Shown one piece after another: positions 39,089-49,787 of a stretch of DNA of 59,424 nucleotides (the stretch's first letter is position 1; every line of letters starts with the position of its first letter). A program made the position numbers and the translations under genes. A model generated the notes under the pieces. The model was given only the letters and a program-made list of their open reading frames with translations. It was not told the origin of the DNA and searched no databases. The stretch is from Candidatus Hydrogenedentota bacterium (lineage in GTDB: Bacteria > Hydrogenedentota > Hydrogenedentia > Hydrogenedentales > SLHB01): NCBI GenBank assembly GCA_034408725.1, contig JAWXCN010000124.1, positions 1 to 59,424 of the forward strand, read 5' to 3'.

Positions 39089-40510
39089 CTATCCAAATAT
39101 CGGGGGTTGTTTGGTGATCCAGGGTCGCGCAGTTTCGAGTTGCGCGGCGAGACGGAACAGCGTCGCTTCATCTCCGAACCGGGCAACAAAATGCGAGCCG
39201 ATCGGAAGCCCTTCGGCATTCCAGTGTAACGGCACGTTCATTGCCGGTTGCCCCGTAAAATTGCACAGCGGCGTGAACGGCGCGAACATCCCGGCAACCA
39301 TGAATCCGTGCATCGGGTCATCGGGCGAATCGTATGAACCGATGGGAAGCGGCGGCTGCGCTACAGTCGGCGTTAGCAACAGGTCGTAGTCCTTCATGAA
39401 GTGCGCGATCTGGCGCGCGACTTGTTGAAGGTAGGTGATCGACAAGAGGTATTGCGTGCAACTCACCTGCTGCATTTGTTCGTACATCGCCCAGGAAAGC
39501 GGTTCGACTTTGTCCTGGGACGGCGTGACCCCCGCGGCCAATGCCATGCCGTCAATGGCCCAACCGGGGCCGGCCGAAAATACCGTCACGAAAGGATGGA
39601 ATAGGCCGGGGCCATCGAGCGATGGAAACACTTCTTCAACATGGTGGCCGAGTGATTCGCAGAGTTTTGCGGCGTTGTGTACGGCGGCAATGCAGTCGTC
39701 GTGTACCGGCACCCCGGTAGGTGCAATGGTGGAGAATGCGATGCGCAGCTTCCCGGGATCGCGCTTGAGTTCTTCCGTGTAGGGGCGTTCTTGCGGCGGC
39801 GCGTAATACGGATCGCCAATGTCTGGTCCCGCCGTTGCGTCGAGCAACGCGGCGCTGTCGCGAACCGTGCGCGTCAATGCGTGCTCGCTTACAAGCCCGT
39901 TCTGCACGTCGCCGACGTCCGGTCCGAGCGGGTTGCGCCCGCGCGTGGGCTTCAACCCGAACAATCCGCAGCATGACGCGGGAATGCGAATTGACCCGCC
40001 GCCGTCGTTGCCGTGCGCCGCGGGCACCATGCCGCACGCGACCGCCGCGGCAGACCCGCCACTCGATCCGCCGACGCTGTGGTCCGTGTTCCACGGGTTT
40101 CGACACGGACCAAACCGGTGCGGCTCGGTGGTAGGCAATATTCCGAATTCTGGCGTACTGGTCTTGCCCATGATCACGAGCCCCGCGCGTTTCAGTCGCG
40201 CGACCAACTCGGAATCGTGCGGCGAGATAAAGTTTTCGCAAAGATTCGAGCCAAAAGTCATGCGCGTGCCCGCGTATGCCGCGAACAAATCCTTCAACAT
40301 GTAAGGCACACCGGTAAACGGCCCATCCGGCAACCCCGCCTTGATCGCCGCGCGCGCCTCGTCGTACAGCGAAGTGACCACGCAATTGATTGCGGGATTG
40401 AGCCGCTCAACGCGCTCAATCGACGCATCCAGCAATTCCTCCGGCGACACTTCCTTTTTTCGTACCAGCTCCGCCTGCGCGGTTGCATCGAGTGTTGTTA
40501 TTTCCGGCAC
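39089..40510 (-). CDS. Amidase signature family protein
   Basis: [53 protein letters not shown]. Confidence 0.95.
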   Translation of the reverse strand: MPEITTLDATAQAELVRKKEVSPEELLDASIERVERLNPAINCVVTSLYDEARAAIKAGLPDGPFTGVPYMLKDLFAAYAGTRMTFGSNLCENFISPHDSELVARLKRAGLVIMGKTSTPEFGILPTTEPHRFGPCRNPWNTDHSVGGSSGGSAAAVACGMVPAAHGNDGGGSIRIPASCCGLFGLKPTRGRNPLGPDVGDVQNGLVSEHALTRTVRDSAALLDATAGPDIGDPYYAPPQERPYTEELKRDPGKLRIAFSTIAPTGVPVHDDCIAAVHNAAKLCESLGHHVEEVFPSLDGPGLFHPFVTVFSAGPGWAIDGMALAAGVTPSQDKVEPLSWAMYEQMQQVSCTQYLLSITYLQQVARQIAHFMKDYDLLLTPTVAQPPLPIGSYDSPDDPMHGFMVAGMFAPFTPLCNFTGQPAMNVPLHWNAEGLPIGSHFVARFGDEATLFRLAAQLETARPWITKQPPIFG

Positions 40511-40561
40511 GTTTTATTCTCCTCGCGCTTCCGTGTTTACGGCCATTAACTATACAGCTAG

Positions 40562-40825
40562 TCACGTTTTAATACGGAGTAAACTTGCTACCACTTCCAC
40601 AATTTCTTGTGCTCGTTGCACTGCGGATTCTGCCTCGGCTTGATTCACGTGTAGCCTGCCGCCGTAATCGCCTGTGTTGCGTAGCGCAAGCCAGGCTGCT
40701 ACCGCGTAGAATGCTGCATAGTGTGAGCGCGAGGCGGATGCATCGGGATCAGATTTCACAATGGTCTTTGCAGTATCCAAAGCGCGCAATGCTCTCGTCC
40801 AGAAGTCGCCTGCTTCCTCCGTCAC
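40562..40825 (-). pseudogene. HEPN-domain protein (COG1895-like) with in-frame internal deletion
   Basis: ASRSHYAAFYAV joins directly to LRNTGDYG. The usual KxHxxV...F middle segment is absent; only 87 aa. GTGA overlap with the MNT gene. Confidence 0.65.
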
Positions 40826-41136
40826 AAAACGACTCCATCCCTCTTCGCACTGCGATACAATCCGAATTCACCCGCATCGTAATCCGTTTCATCAACGGGG
40901 ATAGCGTGAATTGGCGCGTCGATCTGAAGTTGAATCGGATAAAGTGTCCGAATAATCGTATCAAGGTCCTCCCCCAACTGAATGGGCCCCTGAAGCACAA
41001 CGAGGAAATCCACGTCGCTGTGTACTTGAGCGTCGCCACGGCATGTCGAACCGTAATGGATAACATGCCTAAGCCGGGGGCCGAACGTTTTGGCCAACGC
41101 TTCCTTCGCGTCGTTCAATATCTCCACAACATCCAA
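40822..41136 (-). CDS. Minimal nucleotidyltransferase (MNT) antitoxin
   Basis: GS-X10-DXD motif (GSTCRGDAQVHSDVD), terminal RDGVVL, AAGGAG RBS before a TTG start. Confidence 0.9.
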   Translation of the reverse strand: MDVVEILNDAKEALAKTFGPRLRHVIHYGSTCRGDAQVHSDVDFLVVLQGPIQLGEDLDTIIRTLYPIQLQIDAPIHAIPVDETDYDAGEFGLYRSAKRDGVVL

Positions 41137-41259
41137 TGAAGTCTCCTTGAAATTGACAGTGTTATTTTATCATGTCATTGGTTTCTAAAAAGTCTGAACG
41201 CGGAAATTATCGAAAGGCACACCGAGCGACTAAGGATCCGTGGAATCTTCGCTAAATGA

Positions 41260-42873
41260 CTACGCGCCGCGGATCCGGGTGTCGTAGCCCTTCCATTCTT
41301 TTTCGCGGAGGACAAATTTCTGGATTTTACCGGTGCTGGTTTTTGGTAGTGCGATGAACTCAATGGCGGTCGGGCATTTGTAGTGGGCGATTTCGGCGCG
41401 GCAGAACGCGATGAGCTCTTCGTGCGTGGCGGTTGCGCCTTCTTTTAGCGTGATGAATGCTTTGGGTGTTTCGCCCCATTTCTCGTGGGGCACGCCGATG
41501 ACGGCGCATTCAAGCACGCAGGCGTGGCGATAGAGCGCCTGCTCGACTTCGATGGACGAAATGTTTTCGCCGCCGCTGATGATGATGTCCTTGCTGCGGT
41601 CGCGGAGTTCGATGTAGCCGTCGGGATGCAGCACGGCGACGTCGCCGCTATGGAACCAGCCGCCGCGAAACGCTTTTTCGGTGGCTTCGCGATCGTTGTA
41701 ATACCCCTTCATAACGAGGTTGCCGCGCATGACGACTTCGCCCATCGACTGACCATCCGCGGGCACGTCGTTCATTTCTTCATCGACCACGCGCAGGCCA
41801 TCGGCCATGACAAAGCGCACGCCCTGCCGCGCCATGAGTTTCGCGCGCGCATCCAGCGGCAACGTGCTCCATTCCGTCTGTGGCGCGCAGACCGTGTAGG
41901 GGCCATAGGTTTCGGTGAGTCCGTAAATGTGGACAAGTTTCGCGCCGAGCTCTTCCATGTTGCCAATCAGCGTGGGCGATGGCGGCGCACCGCCGGTGGT
42001 GATGGTGATAGGTTTGTCGACCCGCTTCGGTCGAGACGGAGAATTGATAAGCGCGATAAGCACAACCGGCGCGCCGTTGAAATGCGTGGCGCCCTCGGAC
42101 TTCACGAGTTTCCATGTTTGCTCCGGTTCGAATTTGCGCATGCACACATGCGTGCCACCCAGCGCGATCACACCCCAGGTGAAGCACCAGCCGTTGCAAT
42201 GGAACATGGGCAAGGTCCAGAGATACACACTCTCGTGGCGCAACCCCGATTCGAGGCCAACGCCAATCGAGTTCAGATACCCGCCGCGATGCGAGAACAC
42301 AACGCCCTTGGGCATGCCGGTTGTACCGCTGGTGTAGTTGATCGAGATAGTGTCCATTTCATCTTCGAGCACCCAGGGCTGGGGTTCAGGATTTCCCTTC
42401 GCGATGAAGTCTTCGTATTCGGGGCCATCAAGCCGCGCGCATTCGGGCAGGTCGGCGCAATTGATGATATGACGAACGGTTTCGAGGCCGCCGAGAATGG
42501 GTTTGATGTGCTCGGTGAATTCAGTGTCGATAAACAGGAACGATGATCCGGAATGATTGAGAATATATTTGATTTCGTTGGGGGCGAGGCGTGTATTGAT
42601 GCACACCAGTACGCCGCCGGCCAGAGGGACCGCGAAATGCGCCTCGAGCATCGGCGGCGTGTTTGCGCAGAGGAACGCGACACGGTCGCCCTTGTTCAAT
42701 CCAGCCGCGCGCAATGCGGATGCGAGCCGGCTGACGCGGGCCGCAAATTCGGCATGCGTGTAGCGGCGTTCGCCATGGACCACAGCTACCTTGTTGGGGT
42801 AGACCTGCCGTCCCCGTTCGATGAACGTGAGTGGGGTCAAGTGGCTGCGGCAGACGTGTTCAAAACCGGTCAT
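41260..42873 (-). CDS. Acyl-CoA synthetase / AMP-dependent ligase
   Basis: LTPLTFIER, YTSGTTGMPKG, LPMFHCNGW, YGLTETYGP, WFHSGD, SGGENISSIEVE, LPKTSTGKIQK. Confidence 0.95.
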   Translation of the reverse strand: MTGFEHVCRSHLTPLTFIERGRQVYPNKVAVVHGERRYTHAEFAARVSRLASALRAAGLNKGDRVAFLCANTPPMLEAHFAVPLAGGVLVCINTRLAPNEIKYILNHSGSSFLFIDTEFTEHIKPILGGLETVRHIINCADLPECARLDGPEYEDFIAKGNPEPQPWVLEDEMDTISINYTSGTTGMPKGVVFSHRGGYLNSIGVGLESGLRHESVYLWTLPMFHCNGWCFTWGVIALGGTHVCMRKFEPEQTWKLVKSEGATHFNGAPVVLIALINSPSRPKRVDKPITITTGGAPPSPTLIGNMEELGAKLVHIYGLTETYGPYTVCAPQTEWSTLPLDARAKLMARQGVRFVMADGLRVVDEEMNDVPADGQSMGEVVMRGNLVMKGYYNDREATEKAFRGGWFHSGDVAVLHPDGYIELRDRSKDIIISGGENISSIEVEQALYRHACVLECAVIGVPHEKWGETPKAFITLKEGATATHEELIAFCRAEIAHYKCPTAIEFIALPKTSTGKIQKFVLREKEWKGYDTRIRGA

Positions 42874-43047
42874 GAAAGTCCTCCCTCGATTCGCGCAGTC
42901 AGAGCATCACTATAAAGACGGCGAGCGCATGTGGCAATTGCAAAGTAGGCGGGTGAGAAAAAAGGAAGCGGGCGGGAAACAAAGGTGGCGGGCGGGGACA
43001 CCCGCCCTCCCTAGACTTCGTACTACCGCATCGGCTAGCGTTCTGGC

Positions 43048-43527
43048 ATGGTGCGCGTTGAACTTCGAGTGGCTGACCCTGCGAACCGGATGACGCTGCA
43101 AATGATGTTGCAGGCGTCTGGCCACGAGATCGTGAGCAAAGGTCCGGAAGTGATCGTCTTCGAGGACATTGCCGCGAGTGCCGCGGCGGCGGGTGATGCT
43201 CCCGTCCTGGTGCTTGCAGGCGCGACACAGATTCGCCAAGCGGTCAGCGCGATGCAAAAGGGCGTGTACGGCTATATTTATTTGCCCTTGCAACCCGGCG
43301 AAGCGGATATCATGGTCCGGCGAGCCTCGGGCGGGACAATCTCGCCGGATGTTACGGACACTCGCGGACTTGAAGCAATTGAGACAGAACATATTCTGGC
43401 GGTGTTGCGCCAGTGCAAAGGCAATCGGTCGAAGGCGGCGCGCAAGCTCGGCGTAGGGAGAAATACCCTGTGGCGCAAGCTTAAGAAGGCAGGAAGCGAG
43501 GGAGTGAGTGAGGAAGGCAGGAAGTGA
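43048..43527 (+). CDS. Degenerate receiver domain + Fis-type HTH regulator
   Basis: AVSAMQKGVYGYIYLP (receiver C-terminal half) and LEAIETEHILAVLRQCKGNRSKAARKLGVGRNTLWRKLK (HTH_8). No AAA+ domain. Confidence 0.8.
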   Translation: MVRVELRVADPANRMTLQMMLQASGHEIVSKGPEVIVFEDIAASAAAAGDAPVLVLAGATQIRQAVSAMQKGVYGYIYLPLQPGEADIMVRRASGGTISPDVTDTRGLEAIETEHILAVLRQCKGNRSKAARKLGVGRNTLWRKLKKAGSEGVSEEGRK

Positions 43528-43673
43528 GGAAGCGGGGAAGTGAGTAAGATGGGACTGGATGCTTCGAGTTGCGTGCTCCAACGCTGCTGTTCGTCGTTTT
43601 TTCCCATCTTGCTTCTTCTCTTCGTCCTCCTGCCTTCCTGTCTTCCTGTCTTCCTGCCTTCTTCACTTCCTGA
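43483..43673. repeat. Octamer tandem repeats (AGGAAGNN)n with inverted (NNCTTCCT)n arm
   Basis: aggaaggc aggaagtg aggaagcg gggaagtg agtaagat ... cttcctgt cttcctgt cttcctgc cttcttca cttcctga. Confidence 0.75.
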
Positions 43674-43682
43674 CTAAATCCC

Positions 43683-44561
43683 ATGCCAATTTACGAACAA
43701 ACCTATAAACGCTGGGAGCCGCGGTATCGCGCGCGGAAGCGCTGGATCGAAGTTGCCGCGCAAGAGTTGCGCGTTGCGAAGAGCGCGCCAATCTACCGGC
43801 GGCTGCTGTTGCTGTCATTGCTGCCGTTTTTGATTTGCCTGTTCATCCTCGTGGTGACGGACCTGATGACCACGAATCCAAGCGCGCTAATGCGCAACAT
43901 TATCAAGCAGGTGCAGTTCGCAAACATCGATGCGCGGTTTTTCAAAATTTATCTCGGTATGACGACGCCATTCGTCTATGTGTTTTGTCTGCTGATCGGT
44001 GGTGGTTCTATTTGCAACGATTACCGGAACAATCTGCTTGAGGTGTATTTCGCAAAACCATTGACGCGGTTTGAATACTTCATCGGGAAAGTCGCTGCCG
44101 TATGTTACGTGCCCTTGGGGTTGACCGTTGGGGGTTCAGTAACGCTGTTCCTGTTACACGTGTTGCTCGCGCCCACGTCGGCGGGAGAGTTCTTGTCAAC
44201 GAACGCCTGGATTCTGCCAATGTGCGTAGCGTACTCGCTTCTGTTTGTCGTGCCGGCGGCGTTGCTGGTGATGGCGTGTTCGGCTTTGAGCAAGAGCACG
44301 GGATGGGCCTCGGTGATTGTGTGCGCGCTGATTTTCATGAACAGCGCGGCCGCGGCGGTGCTGGCGCTTGTGTTGCGGGAGCGCAACCTGATTTGCCTCA
44401 GTTTTGTGCGCAGCATGACGCATATGGCCGACCTGATGTTTGGCGGCCGCACGCGGATTACCGTGCCGTGGACTTATATTCTCGTTGGGTACGTCGCGCT
44501 GTCGCTGGTGTGCGCCATACTCATTTTCCGGCGCATTCGCGCCGTGGAAATATCCGCGTGA
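43683..44561 (+). CDS. ABC transporter permease
   Basis: MPIYEQTYKRW, NDYRNNLLEVYFAKPLTRFEYFIGK, about 6 TM helices. Confidence 0.85.
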   Translation: MPIYEQTYKRWEPRYRARKRWIEVAAQELRVAKSAPIYRRLLLLSLLPFLICLFILVVTDLMTTNPSALMRNIIKQVQFANIDARFFKIYLGMTTPFVYVFCLLIGGGSICNDYRNNLLEVYFAKPLTRFEYFIGKVAAVCYVPLGLTVGGSVTLFLLHVLLAPTSAGEFLSTNAWILPMCVAYSLLFVVPAALLVMACSALSKSTGWASVIVCALIFMNSAAAAVLALVLRERNLICLSFVRSMTHMADLMFGGRTRITVPWTYILVGYVALSLVCAILIFRRIRAVEISA

Positions 44562-45475
44562 ACGCCGTCTCGTTTCACAACGTATCGAAGTGGTACGGGG
44601 AAGTCGTCGCGTTGAACAACGTCAACTTCGACATCGGCCCCGGCGTAACCGGTTTGCTCGGTCCGAACGGCGCCGGCAAATCCACCATCATGAACCTCTG
44701 TACGGGACAGGCGCGTCCGAGCAAGGGCGAAGCGACAGTGTTGGGCGAATCAACCTGGTGCAACTATCCGTTGCTGCGGCGGATCGGATTGTGCCCGGAG
44801 CGCGAGAACTATTACGACGACATGACGGGCTACGAGTTTGTCTATTGGCTTACCCGCTGCACCGGGATGTCGCCGCGGGCTGCGCGCAAGGCGGCGCTCG
44901 AGTGCATTGAGCGCGTGGGTATGACCTCGCGCATGCACGACCCGATTGCGGCCTATAGCCGCGGCATGCGGCAGCGCGTGAAGCTGGCGCAAAGCTTTGC
45001 GCATTCGCCAGACATTCTGTTTCTGGATGAACCGATGACGGGCCTTGACCCGCTGGGGCGCGCGGCGGTGTTCGAGTTGATACGTGGCCTTGGACGTGAA
45101 GGCAAGACGGTGATTGTGTCGAGTCACGTTTTGTACGAGATTGAAAGCGTGACGCAGACGATTGTATTGATTAACCGGGGCAGCGTGTTGGCGCATGGCG
45201 AAGTGCGCGAGGTGCGCGCGTTGATCGACGCGCATCCGCATTCGGTGACAGTCCGTTGCGAGCATCCGCGACGGCTTGCCGGGGAACTGATGAACGAGGC
45301 GCACATTGTGGACGTGAAATTTGGGGACGATGGTGCGGTGACGTTCTTTACGCGCGATGCGAACACATTTTATGATGAAATAAATGCATTATTGGCGGAG
45401 CCTAAGATGGGTGTAAGGAGCGTGCATTCGCCGGATGATAATTTGCAGGCTGTATTTGAGTACCTCGTGCGGTAA
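44558..45475 (+). CDS. ABC transporter ATP-binding protein
   Basis: GTG start overlapping the permease stop, [27 protein letters not shown]. Confidence 0.93.
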   Translation: MNAVSFHNVSKWYGEVVALNNVNFDIGPGVTGLLGPNGAGKSTIMNLCTGQARPSKGEATVLGESTWCNYPLLRRIGLCPERENYYDDMTGYEFVYWLTRCTGMSPRAARKAALECIERVGMTSRMHDPIAAYSRGMRQRVKLAQSFAHSPDILFLDEPMTGLDPLGRAAVFELIRGLGREGKTVIVSSHVLYEIESVTQTIVLINRGSVLAHGEVREVRALIDAHPHSVTVRCEHPRRLAGELMNEAHIVDVKFGDDGAVTFFTRDANTFYDEINALLAEPKMGVRSVHSPDDNLQAVFEYLVR

Positions 45476-45562
45476 TGAGTCGGCTTTATAGACGCCATAC
45501 GTTATGCGGTTGTTGTGTTAAGTGGCGCCGCGCTTGGCAATGGAGCCGCTACTTGATCGCGG

Positions 45563-47038
45563 TTACGCGAGCAGCTTATGCACCACATTCCCGGCGACAT
45601 CCGTAAGGCGGAAATCGCGGCCCTTGAACCGATACGTCAATCGCGTGTGTTCAATGCCGAGAAGATGCAAAAGCGTCGCGTGTAGATCGTGGACGTGGAC
45701 GCGGTCTTCGACGGGCGAGAATCCGAGTTCGTCGGTAGCGCCGATGGTGAAGCCCGCTTTCACGCCTCCGCCGGCCATCCACATTGTGGTGCATTCGATG
45801 TGATGGTTACGGCCCACGGTGTCGCGAATTTCGCCCATGGGCGTGCGGCCAAATTCGCCGCACCATATCACCAGCGTGTCATTCAGCAATCCGCGCTGCT
45901 TGAGGTCTTTCACCAGCGCGGCGGACGCCTGATCGACGTCCATGCAGACTTCATCAAGACAGTTCGTAAGATTCTCTGTATTACCGCCGTGGTGGTCCCA
46001 GCTTGTGTGGTAACACTGCACGAACCGGACACCACGCTCGATCATGCGGCGCGCGAGAATGCAGTTGTAGGCGTAGGACGGCTTGCCTGGCTCAACACCA
46101 TACATCGCTAAAGTTTCCGGCGATTCGCCGGAGAGGTCCATGAGCTCTGGCGCGCTGGATTGCATTTTGTACGCCATCTCGTACGAGGCGATGCGCGCCG
46201 CGATTTCCGGGTCGCCGACTACATCGAGGTGATCGCGGTTGATTGCGTTTACGGTGTCGATCACCGTGCGTTGGCGTTCAGCGGTATAACCTTCGGGCGT
46301 GCTCAAATTCAGGATAGGATCGCCGCTGTTGCGAAACGAAACCCCCTGATGCGCGGACGGTAAAAATCCGTTCGACCAATTCGCCGCGCCGCCGCGGATG
46401 CCGCGTTCGCCGGATTGCAACACGACAAACCCAGGCAGGTCCTGCGATTCGCTGCCGATGCCGTAGGTGACCCAAGCGCCCATGGACGGACTGCCAAACT
46501 GTGCGCTGCCGGTGTTCATGAATATTTTAGCTGGCGCATGGTTTGGCTGATCGGTGGCGAGGGTTTTAATAAACGAAATATCATCCACGATTGTGCTGGT
46601 GTGCGGCAGACATTCGGACACCCATGCGCCGCATGCGCCGTGCTGCGCGAATTTCCGTCGCGTCCCCAGCAATTTTGGCGGTTCCTGCAAAAACGTGTCC
46701 ATGAATGCGAAGCGCTTGCCTTCCATGAACGATTGCGGCACGACGTCACCGTTGAGTTCCTGGAGTTTTGGTTTGTAGTCGAACAACTCAAGCTGGCTCG
46801 GCCCGCCAGCCATGAACAACAGGATGACGTTTTTCGCGCGCGCGGGAAAGTGACCTGCCTTGGGGGCTAGCGGGTTCACGGGTGCCAGCGGTGACTCAGC
46901 GTGTGCCTCGCTGCCGAGCATGCCGGCCAAGGCGTATGCGCCAAGCCCAACGCCGCATTTTTGAAAAAAATGCCGGCGCGTAACTTGTCGTAGCGCGTCC
47001 TGTTCCGTGCGCAGATGCTGGCAACGTTCGTTCATCAT
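45563..47038 (-). CDS. DUF1501 family Tat protein
   Basis: TRRHFF, AKNVILLFMAGGPSQLELFDYKP, ARRMIERGVRFVQ, WDHH, GEFGRTP, VHDLHATLLHLLG, RLTDV. Confidence 0.93.
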   Translation of the reverse strand: MMNERCQHLRTEQDALRQVTRRHFFQKCGVGLGAYALAGMLGSEAHAESPLAPVNPLAPKAGHFPARAKNVILLFMAGGPSQLELFDYKPKLQELNGDVVPQSFMEGKRFAFMDTFLQEPPKLLGTRRKFAQHGACGAWVSECLPHTSTIVDDISFIKTLATDQPNHAPAKIFMNTGSAQFGSPSMGAWVTYGIGSESQDLPGFVVLQSGERGIRGGAANWSNGFLPSAHQGVSFRNSGDPILNLSTPEGYTAERQRTVIDTVNAINRDHLDVVGDPEIAARIASYEMAYKMQSSAPELMDLSGESPETLAMYGVEPGKPSYAYNCILARRMIERGVRFVQCYHTSWDHHGGNTENLTNCLDEVCMDVDQASAALVKDLKQRGLLNDTLVIWCGEFGRTPMGEIRDTVGRNHHIECTTMWMAGGGVKAGFTIGATDELGFSPVEDRVHVHDLHATLLHLLGIEHTRLTYRFKGRDFRLTDVAGNVVHKLLA

Positions 47039-47043
47039 GTGCC

Positions 47044-49512
47044 TTACTCCCGGGTAACAAACTCGTCGAGGTTCAACATCACGCGGCCCAGCGAAATCCA
47101 GGGGTCCAATTCATTCGTTGCGACGGCGCGTTCCTGTTCGAGCATTGCGAGCAATGTATTCATTTCCGATTCGCGCGGAGTCCGCGCAAGACACAACTCG
47201 AATGCGCGCGCGATACGCGCGGAATCGGCCGCGGGTTCACTCATCAGGCGCGCGGCGAGTTCTTTTGCCTGTTCGACGCAGGATTGTTCGTTCAACAGCG
47301 TCAATGCCTGCAACGGAGTATTTGACCGATTGCGGCGCGTGCATGCCTGGATGGCGTCGGGCGCATCAAACAAGATCAAGGACGGATGCGGCGAGGCCCG
47401 CCAGAAGAACGTGTACATTCCGCGGCGGTACCGGTCCGGTCCTTCGCTGGCGGCCCAAGCACGCGCGACTTTTTGCTGCGACATGATTCCATCCGGTTGA
47501 GGCGGATACACGCTCGGGCCACCGACGGCCGGGTTTAGAAGGCCGGACGCGGTGAGTCCGCTGTCGCGCAGAATTTCGGCATCCAACCGCAGGCGCGGCT
47601 GACGCGCAAGCATTTTGTTCAAGGGATCAATCTCGTCGAGGTCGGGCCGCATGGCCGATGTTTGGCGATAGGTCGCGGACGTAAGTATGAGGCGGACCAT
47701 TGCTTTCATGCTCCAACCTTGCGCAACGAATTCCGTGGCGAGCCAATCCAGCAATTCCGAGTGCGTCGGCAACATGCCCTGCGTGCCGAAGTCATTTTCC
47801 GTTTCAACGATGCCGCGTCCGAACAGGTGTTGCCAAAAGCGGTTCACCGTTACGCGCGCCGTCAGGGGATTATCGGGATGGACGACCCACTGCGCGAGAT
47901 CAAGGCGAGTCGGCGCTGGACCGTTCGCTGGCAGCGCATGGAGCACCGCGGGCGTCGCGGGGGCTACTTTATCACCGTGACGCGTGAAATCACCGGCGAG
48001 GTGGATGTGCGTCTCGCGCGGCTCGGCGCGCTTGCGCAGCACCATGGAAGAGGGCACGCCGGGCACTTTGCGTTGAGCTTCGTTCACGTCCGCGGTGCGC
48101 CAGGTGTACTCGGGATCGTCCTTGAAAAAGATTGCGCGAATTGCCCTCGTTTGATCGGGATGCCGTTCGGCGCGCGGAAGGGTGAGTCCCTGTTGTACGC
48201 TTGCGACAAAACTTGCGCGCGTATCCGCAGGCAATGCTTTTTCCCAATCTGTAAGCAAGTAGTCTTCAACGGCGTTGATGTAAGTATCGAGCGCGCGTTG
48301 CGCTGTATCGACCAGCACGCGCGCGGCGTGGAGTTGCTCTTCCTGATCCGGTGTGGGCAGGTCTATGTTGATTTCGTCGTCGTTGTTGAAGAACGCATAG
48401 AACTGGTAATACTCCGCGTGTGATATCGGATCGTACTTGTGCGTGTGGCACTGCGCGCAACCCACGGTGAGGCCGAGAAATACCGTGCCCGTGGTGTTCA
48501 CGCGATCGATGATCGAGACGATGCGAAACTCTTCGGGGTCGACGCCGCCTTCCATGTTGATCATGGTGTTGCGGTGGAATCCCGTCGCGACCTGATCGCT
48601 GAGTGTCGCCTCCGGTAACTGATCGCCGGCAAGCTGTTTCGTCGCGAACTCGTCGAAGGGCATGTCGGCGTTGAATGCGTCAATTACCCAGTCGCGGTAT
48701 TTATAAATCGGCCGCGCCGCGTCGATGCCGTATCCGTCCGAATCGGCGTAACGCGCCACGTCAAGCCAGTGTCTGCCCCAGCGTTCACCGAAATGCGGCG
48801 AAGCGAGCAGGCTGTCGATAAGCTTTTCATAGGCGTTTGAATCCGCATCGTTGACGAAGGTCTCGACAGCTTCTGGAGCAGGTGGCAAGCCGATGAGATC
48901 GAGATGAACCCGGCGGGCGAGCGTGCGGCGATCCGCTTCCGGCGATGGCGAAATGCCGTTTGATTCGAGGCGCGCAAGGATAAAATTGTCGATGGGGTTG
49001 CGCGGCCAATCGGCAAGTTTTATAGCGGGCACTTCGGGGCGTTCGGGTTTCACAAACGACCAGTGTGGTTCGTATTGCGCGCCTTCGGCGATCCAGGCGT
49101 TGAGGGTCGCGATCTGTTGCGCGCTCAGCGCCGTTTGGACGGCCGCGGGAGGCATGCGGTCGTCGAGATCGTGGGTAGTAATACGTTTGATGACTTCGCT
49201 TGCGTCCGGTTTTCCCGGGGACAATGCCTCGCGCGCCGCGTCAGCGTTATCCAACCGCAAGTCGCCCTTGCGCTGTTTCTCGTCCGGTCCGTGGCATTTG
49301 AAGCAATGTTCCGCGAGGATGGGCCGGATATCGCGGTTGAAACGGACCGTCCGGGGTGTAGACGACGAGATCGCAGCTTCGATCCGGTCCAGCCGCCGAA
49401 GCAGTTGATCGCCCGCGCTTGGGTTTGCGTCTTCGGCCACGGCGGCGAAGCCGACGAACATGTTTAGCGCCACGACTGCGGGGAGGGCGCGAATCATTAA
49501 TACGACGTTCAT
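47044..49512 (-). CDS. Planctomycete-type cytochrome c + DUF1549/DUF1553 protein
   Basis: FNRDIRPILAEHCFKCHGPD, HWSF, GERWGRHWLDVARYADS, CAQCHTHKYDP, NPLTARVTVNR, NTPLQALTLLN. Confidence 0.93.
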   Translation of the reverse strand: MNVVLMIRALPAVVALNMFVGFAAVAEDANPSAGDQLLRRLDRIEAAISSSTPRTVRFNRDIRPILAEHCFKCHGPDEKQRKGDLRLDNADAAREALSPGKPDASEVIKRITTHDLDDRMPPAAVQTALSAQQIATLNAWIAEGAQYEPHWSFVKPERPEVPAIKLADWPRNPIDNFILARLESNGISPSPEADRRTLARRVHLDLIGLPPAPEAVETFVNDADSNAYEKLIDSLLASPHFGERWGRHWLDVARYADSDGYGIDAARPIYKYRDWVIDAFNADMPFDEFATKQLAGDQLPEATLSDQVATGFHRNTMINMEGGVDPEEFRIVSIIDRVNTTGTVFLGLTVGCAQCHTHKYDPISHAEYYQFYAFFNNDDEINIDLPTPDQEEQLHAARVLVDTAQRALDTYINAVEDYLLTDWEKALPADTRASFVASVQQGLTLPRAERHPDQTRAIRAIFFKDDPEYTWRTADVNEAQRKVPGVPSSMVLRKRAEPRETHIHLAGDFTRHGDKVAPATPAVLHALPANGPAPTRLDLAQWVVHPDNPLTARVTVNRFWQHLFGRGIVETENDFGTQGMLPTHSELLDWLATEFVAQGWSMKAMVRLILTSATYRQTSAMRPDLDEIDPLNKMLARQPRLRLDAEILRDSGLTASGLLNPAVGGPSVYPPQPDGIMSQQKVARAWAASEGPDRYRRGMYTFFWRASPHPSLILFDAPDAIQACTRRNRSNTPLQALTLLNEQSCVEQAKELAARLMSEPAADSARIARAFELCLARTPRESEMNTLLAMLEQERAVATNELDPWISLGRVMLNLDEFVTRE

Positions 49513-49753
49513 GGCTCCATGTTACTTGCGTTGGCAGTAGGGGTCAATCGCCTCTCTGGAGTGATGGGCCGGCATCTGACATCTCACCCAAGTTGTCTAC
49601 TGATTTGCCCACGGCGATGCAGTGCGGTGGGCCGGGGCATGATTTCCGAATCGGAGCAGAGCGGTTTTGGGAGACGAGGGGTTAATTATTTACTAATTAC
49701 TCTGTAACGTGCGCCAATTCATTAATTTATAGCTATTCACTAAATACTTTGTA

Positions 49754-49781
49754 ATACATTGTAGTATGTGATACAGTGTAT
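49754..49781. promoter_or_regulatory. Palindromic operator candidate for PadR autoregulation
   Basis: ATACATTGTA-N8-TACAGTGTAT (one mismatch), 6 nt before the padR ATG. Confidence 0.55.
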
Positions 49782-49787
49782 AGACTC

